Below are positions 25,735-38,410 of a stretch of DNA of 64,000 bases, piece after piece. Source of the stretch: Podarcis liolepis (Eukaryota); assembly GCA_965112155.1 (NCBI GenBank), contig OZ218099.1. The stretch is one strand, 5' to 3'. Each line of letters opens with the position of its first letter. Positions within the stretch are counted from its first letter, which is position 1. Made by a program: the position numbers and the translations under genes. Below the pieces are notes generated by a model. That model made no database searches. It worked only from the letters and a program-made list of their open reading frames with translations, and was not told where the DNA came from.

Positions 25735-26420
25735 TACCTGTTTACTTAGAGATTTATACCCTGCTTTTTAATCTCAAAGTGTTCCCAGATTGGCTAACAA
25801 CATTTAAAAGAACCAAAATCAAGTAGTGAGTAACATAATTAAAATAGCAGAGCAAACAACAACAGTGAATCATATAAGCCAAAACCAGCAAGATATGAAT
25901 ATACATTAGAACAATATCTTAAAAGCTTGGTTAAATGGAAAGTGTTTGTCTATAGCCAAAAAGACATCAAAACTGGCACCAGAAAAACCTCTGTATGAAG
26001 GGTATTCCAAAGATGGGGCACCACCCCTGAAAACACCCTCTTGTGGGTCAGCACCCTCCTCAATTCAAAAGATAGGAGGACCTAAAGGAGAGTGTCTGAA
26101 GAGTATTTCAATGATGTCTGAGCAGCTTCATGTAGTACAGGCATGTTTTGGGGGCCTAATCCTGCCCACTGGGTGGTTTAATCTGGCCCCTGTGGCAGTT
26201 TATTTCCTGGGAGCAAAATCCTTAAAAAAGCTCAACAACTTCAGTCCCAAAAAAGGTCAACAACTTCATCAAATCTGGCCCTCTTTGAAAAAAGTTTGGA
26301 CACCACTGATAGAAGCAAGTGGTCCTTAAAGGGCACGGGACTTAAGTTGTATAGAGTTTTCAAGGTCAGGGCCAACACTTTAAATTGTGTTTGGAAGCTG
26401 ATGTTTTGCAGCAGTAAGAG
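25735..26420 (-). mobile_element. L2 LINE 3' end fragment, interrupted by a hAT-like MITE
   Basis: Minus-strand ORF 26241..26441 FQTQFKVLALTLKTLYNLSPVPFKDHL is an L2 C-terminal motif; L2-type 3' tail near 25740-25800. Confidence 0.65.
26138..26308. mobile_element. hAT-like MITE nested in L2
   Basis: CAGGCATG...TTTGGACACCACTG termini interrupting L2 sequence; TSD not clear. Confidence 0.5.
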
Positions 26421-28988
26421 TTTCTTGCTTTGCATTTCCATAGTTTCTTGAGTTTGTGTATGTCACACACACACTTAAATACCTCCCTTCAGTTCACAGA
26501 CTTTTTGGTGCAGTTAAAAATTAACAAGTGTTGTATTCCCTTTCCCTCAGAGTATATGAGTGTGATACTGATGGAAACTATTCTCAGTGCAGTGAAGTTT
26601 GTTGGAGTGAGCAAGTTTATGTAAAGAACATCAATCTTGGCACAGGCTAGATAATTAGGCTCTTTTTCTGATAGAAGCATTATTTATTTTATTTATTACT
26701 GCATTGCATATGATGTTCGAACGGGTGGAATTCCATAATACAACCACTCCAATTTCTGTACCTGATAGATGGGAATAAGGAATTTGGCCCTGATCAACAC
26801 CATATAGTCTTAATATGTTAAAAGTATGCATTTTAGGCTTTGTGCAACTAGTACTGCTTTGAAGAAATTTTCTAGGACTTAAGATGACTTCCTAACATGA
26901 ACTTCTTCCTCTGTGTTCAGATTCAGCAGCCCATCCCTAGCCTGACAGTAGTATTAGGAAAAGAGCATCACTGGAAAAGTTCACAGCTGCTATAAGAATT
27001 TGCTATTGTCCATTCTTATCCATTATCATATTGCGAGGTTGGCTCTTTTTTGGAGGTCTCTTGGGTTTGCCCCTTAGTATGTCCCCTGGACATTTTGAGA
27101 TGCTATCTTGACTCTTGGGGCAGCTGACCTGGGGCCTGCTTCATCAAATAATTATCCATTGAGCTCCCAAACAATATCAACAAATCTGTCCCAAACAAAC
27201 AATCCATCATCCTTATTGGAAACAGATCATAAAGGCATAAACAATCCCAGCCTGGCCTCCGGATCTCCCTCACTCTGTGTGTGTGCTGCCATCAGTTGTG
27301 TTTCCTTGGCCAGCTGCACTGAATAAACCAAATGTAGATTCATTAATTACTGAGCTATACATCACCAAGGCCTCTGGAGAACACATCATCCTCCAAAGCT
27401 GAGCCGTTCTGCCCCAGGTCAGGGGAAAAAAGCTTTTTCTCATTTTAGGGCAACATGAACTCTTGGGAAAGCAAACAAATCACCTAATCACAGAGAAAAT
27501 GAGGAGGGAGGAGATGGGGGGGAGAGATGTTCAAGGCCAAAGGTGGTTGTTGATCTCACATCCTGAGACATCACATCCTGTAGCTAGGTTAGTCTTGGCA
27601 TGGCAGGGGGAGCAGGAAGTATCCCATGCCTTTGACCGTGTAATGCATGGAAGCTGCCCAGTAAGTCCTTATGCTTTGCTACCCATTTTCCAGCTAACCG
27701 TGAATCACTTCCATGATGAATTTCAGCCAGCAATACGCAAATCCATTTCCATCCGTTTGAGGCACTCCCTGGGCACTGCTCCATTGTGAGATTGCAGCCT
27801 TCACCTTACTCCATTGTCCCTCCACCTTTTCCTTTATTATCAAAAGCTGAAAGGAGGGATGAGTCACCCAGAAAGATGACAGAAGAGCTACTGGGTACTT
27901 GCTTCCTGGACTTGCCTAGTCACCCGCTGCCTGGGCTGTATCAGGAAGGGATACTCCCAAGAAATGTACTGGAGATGACTTGCAATGAGCAGGAATTCCT
28001 CTCCATCCCAGTTCTTTTTCTTTTCTTTTTTTTAAAGTGATGTGTTCTTGAGGGATCAACAGATATGTTTTCTAGTAAGTCTTATTGATCAGGGGTGGCT
28101 CATCACATTTCTCTTACTGCGGCTAAATGAGAATCTGGCCCCACCCCACCCCCACACTGAAGCCTTGCTTACTAGGGTTGTATGGTGGTGGTTTCCAGTG
28201 AGATCTCACAGAATGTTCATGAAATCTTCCTGGAAGCTGCAGCATCCCAGCGGCAGCAGGGGGAGAGTGGGGCACCCATGGGGGTACTGCCCTGCGGGAT
28301 TCTGCCACCTGAGGCAGTTGCTTTGCTCCACCTCATGCGCAAGAAGGCCCTGCTGATGATGTCTGTGACAGTCACTTCTAAGTTAGTCAGTATGGGATTG
28401 CAACTTGAATTTACTAAAGCTTCATTAAACTCCGCTGATTTGAGCTAGCACACAGTACTAAAATTAGTGATGGGCAAACTCTCATTGGAACCTTTGGGAA
28501 TTGGCCAGGCAATTATAAGATTCATTGGTGAATGCTTTTTGTATATTCATGTGGTGCAGGGGAATGAGGAAAGCAACTCTGGGGGCAGGTGTCATTGGCA
28601 GTGGTGTCACCCAAGAAGGAGCACTTATTGTTGTGGTATTGTGGCATCTTCATTTCCCACTCAGCCCTTCCTGGTAACAAGTCAGTTCCTGGTAAATGAT
28701 TTAAGCACCACCTCAGCAATGCTTTGGCTTAGGCTTATGATATGATAGGTATGGACAACAACTCCAAACAGATCTAGCTGAGACTCTTGCTTATCCATTG
28801 GCTGCCAGTTGAGTCTATATCATCGTTGTCTAGAGTAGTGGTTATCAATTAGGTAAGTACTATGGACCCTCTTGTTTTTCAAAAGTCAAGCCATTGACCC
28901 CCTACTTTTGAAAATTTTGATGTCTCCATGGTAGTTGTTGTTATGTGAATGGTGCCACGGACCCCCTGGGTGGGTTACACAGTTGGTA

Positions 28989-28991
<3 letters not shown>

Positions 28992-29026
<35 letters not shown>
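28992..29026. repeat. (GT)n microsatellite
   Basis: Directly visible. Confidence 0.95.
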
Positions 29027-29029
<3 letters not shown>

Positions 29030-29139
29030 ACAGTAATCCCAACAGCTAACAAGGCTGTTGTGTCATATCTTTGAAAGTTCCATGGCCTGATTCATGCTTG
29101 AATCCTTCCAGATGGAAGATACAGAAGAGAATATACAAT

Positions 29140-29480
29140 GGCCTCATTCACTTGTAACACTAAACCAAACCATGACTAATCATGAAAAAGCAAGCGTGCT
29201 GCTACACAGTTCAAACACCAAGCCTGCCTTCCTTCTGCCCTGCTCCTGTAGATGCCACACTATTTGGAGTGAAGTCATTGTTACTGCTCATGGTTTGTTT
29301 AGAGCAGGACAAACTGCAAGCTTGGCTTAGCCTGCAGTCTAAGCCAAACCATGGTTTAGCTCCAGTTAGTGCAACAGGAATGAGAGAGGAGTGAAGCAGT
29401 TATGATTTTCTAATGGCATGATAACGCACTTGCTCATTCATGCTAAGGCATAATTTGACTTAGCATTACGTGTGAACCAG
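29140..29480. mobile_element. Degenerate fold-back DNA element, probably related to 870-1465
   Basis: ttcacttgtaacactaaaccaaaccatg...catgaaaaagcaagcgtg at the left is imperfectly inverted to cgcacttgctcattcatg...ttagcattacgtgtgaa at the right; internal aaaccatggttt palindrome. Confidence 0.5.
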
Positions 29481-29815
29481 TACATTGTCATATAGCAAAC
29501 TAAACATCATATAGTAAACTTTGTCCTAGACATTTTCCTTCTATAAAACTGTACCTGGACAATTCTGTGGACTGTGTAATTCTGTTCTGCAGCTTACTCT
29601 GAAAACACTCTATACTTGACTGAAAATATCCCAGCCATATCTCTTTACCTGGTTCTGATCTTCCTTCTGAGTCACACAGCACCTGTTTACCTGCAGGGTT
29701 GTTGCTCTTGGCACAACAACTGATACACCTGAGCAAGCTCTATAATTGCTTTATATTTGAATGGGCATCCTGTGCTCATCTGCCTGAGAAGGGGCATCCA
29801 CTTTTTTCAGATGTA

Positions 29816-30049
29816 CAGTCATACCTCTTGTTATGTTTGCTTCAGGTTAAATCTTTTCAGGTTGCGTCCCTCAGCAAACCCAGAAGTTTCAGCGGGTTTC
29901 AGCGCATGCACAGACGCTCAAAATGATGTCACGCGCATGCGCAGAAGCAGCGAATCATGACCCGTGCACGCGCAGACGCAAGTTGTGTTCTGCTCAGGTT
30001 GCGAACGGGGTTCCGGAACGGATCCCATTCGCAACCAGAGGTACCACTG
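29816..30049 (+). mobile_element. Tigger/pogo-type MITE of a second subfamily
   Basis: CAGTCATACCTC...GAGGTACCACTG with TA on both sides; shares TCAGGTT subterminal motifs with the six-copy family but has a different CpG-rich core. Confidence 0.8.
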
Positions 30050-30264
30050 TATACTGTATCAAGCCTACCAGCACTTTATCCAGGAACATATATTGCATTT
30101 TGTCTTTTATATTTTTATTTAATCTCTTATGGACCGTTAAATGAGTTGCTGGTGTATGCATTAGCCTCCCTCTCCTCAGTTGCATCCTAAAACTTGTGTG
30201 CTTAGTATTATAGGGGAGTTTTACTCAGAGTTAGATTATGAAATGGGCCACATATCACAGAGGG

Positions 30265-30402
30265 TGGGGATGGGGCACTTGTGGACCTCCAGATGTTACT
30301 GGACTTCCAACTCCCATCACCACTGACTGATGGCCATGCTGGCTGGGGTGATAGGATTTGGAGTCCAGCAGCATCTAAAGGGCCTTGGGTTCCCTATCTC
30401 TG
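30265..30402. mobile_element. Palindromic hAT-type MITE (common squamate family)
   Basis: ctccagatgttactggacttccaactcccatcac is inverted to gtgataggatttggagtccagcagcatctaaag; a related half-copy lies near 40160-40206. Confidence 0.65.
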
Positions 30403-30587
30403 AGATAAGCTCATGGAGCTCTCCAGAGTTTTAGATGTGGTATAGTTCAATGATAATAAAGTTGTCTTCTAGCTTGCCCAGGTAGATATGAAAGCATTTA
30501 CTACTCAGCTGCTTTGAGCATCCAAAACTAATTCAGAGTACGGTGTGTACTCATCTCTCTTCTAAAGCAGCAACCTCATTTCAGATA

Positions 30588-30838
30588 GGGCTCATCCACA
30601 GTTCTACTTTCCCTGTTGTTTCCCCCCATGGAAAACCCACTAGAATCAGAATGGCAATTGGGTTTTCTCCGGATTGATGGTTGCTCCAATTTAGCACTAA
30701 AGAGCAGGTTTTCCAGGGTGGAGTGGTGGGGCAAAGGCAACACTGCTTGAACCCATACCCAGAAAGCATGAAACAAGCAGAAAACCACTTGGATCTGTGC
30801 TTTCTAGGCATGGAACAAGTGGAAGTATGGATGAACCC
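30588..30838. mobile_element. PIF/Harbinger-like MITE (GGGCTCATCCA termini), copy 1
   Basis: GGGCTCATCCACA...TATGGATGAACCC; related to 32423-32722. Confidence 0.6.
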
Positions 30839-32422
30839 AAAGCCAGAAACATAAGATCAAAGCTGCCATACCTAGGACTTAATTGGGTGACTCCTTCACA
30901 AAGTCAGCTCTTGACTTGCTAGCCTAGAACAATTCTGTGCATGAATCAGAGGCCATGTTGGAACTGAGTTGGGCACTTTTATCCATTCTTCCTGCCCATT
31001 TAAGTTATTCAAGAAAACATTTAAGCTTGTGGAGAAATGAGTTTCTCCTTTCTTGCAGCCCTTGCCCTGTTCCTCTTGTCTAGGAAGACACACTCCTCAA
31101 TATCTTATCCAGCAGTTGCTCAGTCCCCCTCAGTCTGGGCTTGCCTTCTTTTCTGTGCTCACACACAGATTGTTCAGCTGTGACGCCAAAGTTAATGAGA
31201 ACCTGCAATGTCTTTCATTGGGGTTATTTGCAAGGCACTGGGTGCTACCTTTTTTTGCTGTGTTCTTTTTTTGCTTGATGGGATTTTTAATGCAAAGAGA
31301 CAGCAGCCTGCACAAGGCCCCTGACAGGCCTACAGCACATGGGGGAAAGACTGACTGACACAGTGCTCACTTGAGAGCAGAACAATCTGTGTTTCTGTGC
31401 TACTGCTAATTTGCTCTAATTATTTCTTGTCTAGATATGAGTGACTGAACTGTAGAACAGCACCACCCCCCTACATCTTAAATGGGTTTTGCACAGCTTT
31501 GAATGATTTTTTTTTTGTTTAACTATATATAGTGACTTTTCAGTATTTTATGTTTGGATATACAGCCCAGAACTGTTGAGTGTAAATGCCATGACTGAAT
31601 AGTGTGCATACTAGTTTAGTTTAAGAAGAAGAATATATAATGCTAGTAATGTTTATTTTTATTTAACGAACTACTTGATTGTAATAAAACTTCTTAAGCA
31701 TTTTACAGCAAATGTTCCTAGTAATGTTAGTCATTGTACTCATCATAATTGAACATCAAACGTATGCTTGTATCTAATTGACTAACTTTGGCTAAACAAT
31801 GCAATAAATTTGCTCCATACAAGTTTTATTTCCCTGCTTCGTAGTAAAAGATTTAATTATCTATGCTGTGTCTCCAGGTTTGTTTATGTTATATACTTTT
31901 CAAAAAATGTTGGCTACTTATAGAAAAAACACTGGTTTAACAACTTCTACGAGATGGGAGCTTTTTCATCCCTGTTCTTTTGTGGCCGTATCTGAGATTT
32001 AATCAAGAGAGGCACAGTTATTCAAGACAAGATTCATTTTTTGTTGTGAGAGTGTGTTGTTTCCTTCTTTCCATTTTTACCTCCACTGGAGAGTTGCCTC
32101 TATGAGCAAGCAGCACGTTCCTCCTAAATGTTAAGCTCTTAGAGGCTTGGTTTTCAGATGAAAAAGGTGTTCATTAATAATGTTGTATATCATTTGTGCT
32201 GTGCTTCTGAAACAGCAGTTGGAGTCAGATTTCTGAAAATACAAACTATATGAATTCTCCTGAAACATATTTTCCAGAATAGAGCTGTACAAAGGTTGTT
32301 CCATCCTAACATAGATTCAGTGAATCAATGAACTACCAAATAATCTCATAATTTAGCCTGTGGCTCTAAGACTTTGGGGTTCATCAGACCAAGGGGTGCC
32401 ACTGATACAAATAACTGTCTGA

Positions 32423-32722
32423 GGGCTCATCCACATATACCTTTTGCAGTGAGTTTTCTAGGCACAGGTCCACACAGGACCACAGGTCCCAGTCCATGTT
32501 TTTTTGCCCCACCGCATTCCCCAGGAAAACAAAATCTTTACTGCTGAATCAGAACAAACAGCAATTCCAGTTTTCTGTGGATTGCTGCTTGCTCAGATTC
32601 AGCAGCAAAGAGCAGGTTTTCATGGTGGAAACACCAGAGTGCAAAAAAAAAAAAGCTGTGGGACCTGGACAGCCCAGACCTATGCCTAGAAATACAGAGC
32701 AAAAGTAAGTTTGGATGAGCCC
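32423..32722. mobile_element. PIF/Harbinger-like fold-back MITE, copy 2
   Basis: TIR GGGCTCATCCA / TGGATGAGCCC; 3-bp TSD TGA at 32420-32422 and 32723-32725; internal inverted segments (ctaggca/tgcctag, caggtccca/tgggacctg, gctgaatc/gattcagc). Confidence 0.75.
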
Positions 32723-32959
32723 TGAGGGTTTTGATTGTATATTACCCTGCTAATGAGGCAGGATAACAAGTGTAGAATTTGTAAATGTGAATACTAAACT
32801 TGTTGCTGTTGTTGTTTTAAAGAAAGATTGTGCCATGCCTAGGAGCTGAGCCTGAGCTAGTGTTAGACTATTGAACAGTTAGGCAGATTCTGTGTTTCTA
32901 TAATCCCAGCTCCAGAACTAGTTAGTGTAAGTATGATTTTGTAGCACTTTGCTGGATTG

Positions 32960-33121
32960 TGGAAAAAGCCATTGGTTACAAAAGTAATTTGCTTATGAAG
33001 GGAGCCACTACTGGGCGTGTTATGGAGGGAATGCCTACGGGTGGCATGCCTACGGATTTTCCTCCTCTAAAAACTACGTGCGTGTTATGGTTGGGTGCGT
33101 GTTATAGAGTGAAAAATACGG
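32960..33121. mobile_element. One end of a Tc1/mariner (Tc2/pogo-like) DNA element
   Basis: Ends ...gaaaaatacgg|TA (TIR type CCGTATTTTTC) with repeated gcgtgttat subterminal motifs; the other end was not found. Confidence 0.5.
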
Positions 33122-35397
33122 TATGTTCCAACTTCTGACAAAGCTGCAGAAGGGCATAGCTGTTGATTAAATAAATTGTTCTGGGTTTTTTTTTGGCTGT
33201 ATAACTCTGTAAGGTACCATGTGTATTGATGGACCTATATAAATAATATATAACCACCACGATACTTTTAGCTGTAGCTGTGCATGAGGAACTATGCCTG
33301 TCTCAGAAAAAAAAAAAATGCAGTGAGCTGCTGCCATTCAGTGGATTGACAAGTCACATGGGTATGCTGTCAGTCACCCTCCTTGATCACTGTAATTTGG
33401 GAGTGTAGTCAAGAGAATTTCCATTATTCATTTTCCAAATTTGTGGCGGGGAAGAGAAGCATACACTGGCTAGTCATCCACTTGCATGTGCAAGTTTGAA
33501 AGATGGGGGTGGGGAGATGGACACAGCTCCAACACTCCAAAGCAGTTTGCTTCATGTTGACTCTTTAAGCACTTTGCAGCAAAAGGGCAGAAAGTTCTCA
33601 GGCAATATGGACTCCCTACCAAAGTAGGGATTTGTTTACATAAACTATGGGCACTGGGCAAGTTTTAAAAAACTTACCTAGGAAAAATGCTTTTGTATTT
33701 GGTTGGTTGGTTGGTTGGTTCTATGAAGGTTGCATTATGAATGCTTTAAATCATATGTTGGTCCCTAGCTTTTACACATGGTGTTGGCATTTCTGAACAA
33801 ACAAAAATATTCGCTTCTTGGTTAAAGATCTGGCTTATATCCAAACCATGACAGCAGCCTCTACTCCCATCCCTTTTTGAGCTCTAGTCATTGTGATTAG
33901 TAGCCAGAGCCTGACAGGTTCAACTATGCTACCTCTTTAATGTTTTACTGGGATAAGGGAGGCCTATTTAGGGCCATATAGCAATCTTGAACTCAATTCC
34001 CATCTCTTGCTGTAATGCAAGCCTGTCTCCGAAGGCAGAGTTTATGTCATGGAAGTGCATCAGTGAACCACATCCTGGTGCCATGCCACTATTGGGGACT
34101 GGTGTGCCAAATGAGAGCTACAGGGCCAGTAGCAAATCCAATTTATTCACTGATACAAATGAAATTAGGCAGGCCCAGTGGCAGGGGGCAGGGAGAAGCA
34201 TGTGAAGAACGCTGGGGCCTCTGCCTCCCTGTGAGGAGGCAGCAGCTGGGGATGAGGCAAAAAAGGCAGAACCTAAACAAGGTTTAATACTGCTTTGGCC
34301 TTACTCACCCTTTCCCTATTAACCCCCCTGCTTGCTGTATGGGAGGCCCTCCAAACTGCTGCCCAGCTTCAGTGTTCTGACAGGCAAATTGAGGAAGAAA
34401 CAGATGTTGGAGCTGCTGCCAGATGCTTCATCCAGATGTTTGTTTGTGTTGAGTGTAGACACAAATACAGACTCACCCCTGTGCTGACATTTGAACATCC
34501 ACGCTGCTTGAAGGTTGCACATACATTTTCTGCCACACAGAGTCTCAGAAAATGAGAAGATTTGCGTTGACTTGTTCGTGTTTTGTTTAGTGACCATCAC
34601 GTATACTACTTTTCATAGATTTGGTGATGCATGGGCATTCACAATAGGCATACAAGCAAACACATAGACAAACACCCATAATTACACGAGGCTATTTCAA
34701 AATACTTTAAAACTATACCCCCCCTTTGGTAGGTCTGAAGGTTAGTCTTTTTCTTTCACTGCTATAGAAAAAGAGGAATGTGAGAAAGGAATTTTTTTTT
34801 ATAGATTACCTTAGCAAACACTGTACACAGTTAAAAACGTTAGCAGGATTAATATAACACTTGTAATGTAATAATTCTGTGGTTTTAAATGGAAATTTGA
34901 AAATAAATTTGGATAATATAAGATGCAGTATAAAAATAAGCATTATGGAAACTACAGAGGTGGGCGGTGGAGAGAAGTCCAAGGATTCAGAGAATCCTGT
35001 ATATGTATAAAATTGATTGGTTGAAAGGTTAGATACAGACTTCTTCACTGCAATGGTATGACAGAGAAGCACAAGGCTTCTAAAGGTGGTGTTTTGAAAA
35101 TTGCTTGAAAACTGAAACAACTGAGTACATTTAACTACCCAATAAGGACCGTTATCATTCATGTAATCATATTCCATGCTGGAGTCACAAGGACTGGCTT
35201 AAGGCATCGCGTTGCCTGAGGCCAAGGACAAGATACATCCCTTCCATTTCATGTATAGAAGCTGATCCTCTGGCAGCTGAATCCTGCACTGTACCTGAGA
35301 GCAACAAGCTAGGCATATGACACCCAGAGATCTGTCCCTATCAGCAGCTTGATGCCACTTGCTTACTGCTCCTCTTGGTGTCTGATCACTGTCTATC

Positions 35398-35602
35398 CAG
35401 AGCTTTTCAAACTGTGTGTTGCGACACATTAGTGTGTTGGCTGCAGTATGTAGGTATGTTGCCCTAACGCTCCCCGCACTCCTCCTGTGGCTGGAAAGGG
35501 CTTGTTTAACCTCCTGTTTGCTCGTAAAACTGCATTACCGTGTCGAGAAATTATGCATGTCCAAAAAGTGTGTCACCAACTTGAAGAGTTTGGAAAGCTC
35601 TG
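35398..35602. mobile_element. hAT (Charlie-type) MITE
   Basis: TIR CAGAGCTTTTCAAAC / GTTTGGAAAGCTCTG; imperfect TSD gtctatc / gtctattc. Confidence 0.75.
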
Positions 35603-36857
35603 GTCTATTCAAACAAATGTTGCGGTTCAGCAACAGTGGTGCCAGTATGTATCATGTGACAAGCAACACATGATAACTCTTGGAGTGCATGCTTATACGT
35701 GTCTGCCTCTCCGCTTGCTTGCTTGCTTAATCAGGGTCCTTTCCCAGTGGTTCTTTCTGTGTCACACTGAGAAAAGGCAGCTAAGCAAGACAGACAAACA
35801 GACCAGCAACAGACAAACATAATCAGTACCACGAGCTCATTTGGATGAGAATGGCCAAAGGACTCAGGAGGTTAGCTTGTTGGCAGAGGGGCTGCCTTAA
35901 TCACTCCCCAGCATCAACCACCTGTGACAGCCATCTCACTGTTCTGTATGGCAGAGCTGGTCTAAACTGTAGTAGATTCCCTAACTGGAATGAAAGCTGC
36001 ATTGTTCCAGAGGCAGTGTTCTGTCATTTGAGTCCCATAGAAATGAGATATTCCCTGCAACAGAAATGCTACTTCAAGGAAATATATTTGTATCTCCTGC
36101 AACAAATTTAGAATGCCGCATTTATTGTTTTAGAAATGTTTTATTGGGAAAGCCTCTGATCCACAGTCTTGAATTAGAATACACACATGTTGCATGTACT
36201 GCCACTTAGAATACTAGTGATCTCATTTATATTCTATGCTGATATAGTTCCAACAAAGACCACTGAAATGACATAACTACCAGTCTTCAAAATGCTGTGC
36301 CAGTTTCACCCATGTTGAAATGTATGGATGGAGCAGCCTGAGGATTGATGTTAACACGGTCTTTGATACAGTGAAGTTCACACACTGCCATATAGAGACC
36401 CACTTTCCTTGTTTGATTGTGTACTGTACACCCATGAAAGGCTCTATCAGGAATTCCTTATTCCTCCCCCCCATATTTTTAGTCAGTCACATTCTAAGTA
36501 CTATAATGAGATAACACTGTATCTTAACAGAGGAAGCTGTTTGGATTGGAAAATGTACCTCTGGCAAACATGTTGATTATAAAGGCTGTGGGGCTGCCTA
36601 CAGGTAGACAGATTTTGACTGAGTGAAGAAGGATGTTGATGGATATTTTTATTCCCGTTAGATCAAAGTACACATTACGTTAACCATGTGTGGTTCCTCT
36701 TCACTTGTAGATGTTTCTTTTCTGCAGTCTACAATGGTAGGCTAGTATATTTACCCATGTATGCACACCCACTAACACTTTCCTCTCTGATAGTTTTCTA
36801 CCATCGAATTCCTCCCGCCCCTCAGGTTAGCACCACAGGATAAAATATATTTAGGAG

Positions 36858-36888
<31 letters not shown>

Positions 36889-37344
36889 ACAAACAAAAAA
36901 AAAACCTGGAGTTTGGAGTAGCAAGCTGCATGTAGTTGTGTGTAGCTTGAGTGTCTTGGTCTCAGCTGAATCCCATTCTCAAGAAACTTAGTTGCTATTT
37001 TGTAGAAGCCTTCATGGACGAAAAGCACATTCTTGTGATAGGTGATGCGGTAGTGATGAATTATTGATCCTTGCAAAAGTTCTGTTGACTGAAACCAGGC
37101 TGTCCTTTCCTGGGCCACTCCCAAATGTTGGGAAAACTTTTTCTTACTCAGTATGTCTTTTAAAGATGTCATTTACATGGTACTCCTGCAGCACAAATAT
37201 CCCCTTCTGTGAGAAGGTGGGAAGGGTATTATGAAGAAGTTCCCTAGGAGTTATATAGATCTCCTGCCTGGTCCACTGCAGTGAACAGAAACAGTGATGC
37301 AGGAACAGCCAGCTATATTGCTGTCCTGCCTGCCACTCCGTCTA

Positions 37345-37559
37345 CAGTGGTACCTCGGGTTACATACGCTTTGGGTTCCAAACTCCGCTAACCCAGAAAT
37401 AGTACCTCAGGTTAAGAACTTTACTTCAGGATGAAAACAGAAATCGCGCAGCGGCAGCGGGAGGCCCCATTAGCTAAAGTGGTACCTCAGGTTAAGAACG
37501 GTTTCAGGTTAAGAACGGACCTCTGGAACGAATTAAGTTCTTAACCAGAGGTACCACTG
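37345..37559 (+). mobile_element. Tigger/pogo-type MITE, copy 4
   Basis: Same TIRs and body; TA TSD. Confidence 0.9.
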
Positions 37560-38114
37560 TAATATCCTCTGTCAGGAAGGTCTGGAACTGGAGATGGAAA
37601 GAATTCTGCACAGCAAAAGTCTCTTAGGGCATATTCTGGAGATTCCTCCCCCCCTTCCTTGCTGGAAGCACTTGAATGACCTTGAAAGGCTTATTATTTC
37701 AGCAATAACTGGCATAGCTGAGATTACAGCAACTCAGCAGAGAAATCAAAATAGGCACATTCCATTGGGCTGCCCGCCCCACCCCCACAAAAAAATGTCT
37801 GCAGAGGAGAGTTAGACTTTCAAAGAAGAGAGTGTCTCAACCCAGTCCAGTATTTTGGAGGCAAAGTCTATGTGGCTGGTGATGGTAGGTGGTCAAATCA
37901 ACCAGCGTATGCCCTCCACCAGATTGAATAAGAATACCATGCCAGCTGTTGAGAGCCCTGTTTTTCTCAGAAGAGAATGATTAGGTAGCTTTGAGTATTG
38001 CCGACACATGAAATGTGCGCCAGCTGTTAACCCAATTGTGCACCCTGTATCCCCCCAAGAGGATGTAGCCTGCCTTCATAATATAAAATATTATTGTCAT
38101 GCTTGTATCTGGTC

Positions 38115-38410
38115 AGATTTTATTTCTGTATTTATTAAAACATGTATTACTGCCGTTCATCATATTTGGAATGGCGGTTACAAAATAACATTTAAAATCT
38201 TTAAAAATAAACTAAGATCTGCACAGATTAAAATGCTTGGATAAACAGAAATGTTTTTTGCTTGGCACTGAAACTATTGAATAGTTGGTGCCAGGCAACC
38301 CCCCCCCCCCAGCACAACCAGGGTGCCATTATTAAGAGAGCCATTTCCTTTGTAGATGAATAATGTACCTCTGAGGGATGGACTACATGAATGATCTTAA
38401 AGCCTTACCT
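38115..38410 (-). mobile_element. Old L2 LINE 3' end fragment
   Basis: tttatt tail, stem-loop tactgccg...ggcggttac and aaatgcttgg...tttgcttggcac...ggtgccagg, similar to other L2 3' ends in the window. Confidence 0.45.

Noticed and set aside
34295-34555. Hydrophobic ORF start (LLTLSLLTPLLAVW) as a candidate SEMA3F signal-peptide exon
   Set aside because: It starts at TTG and lacks the PRVxLSFK motif and a phase-1 donor.
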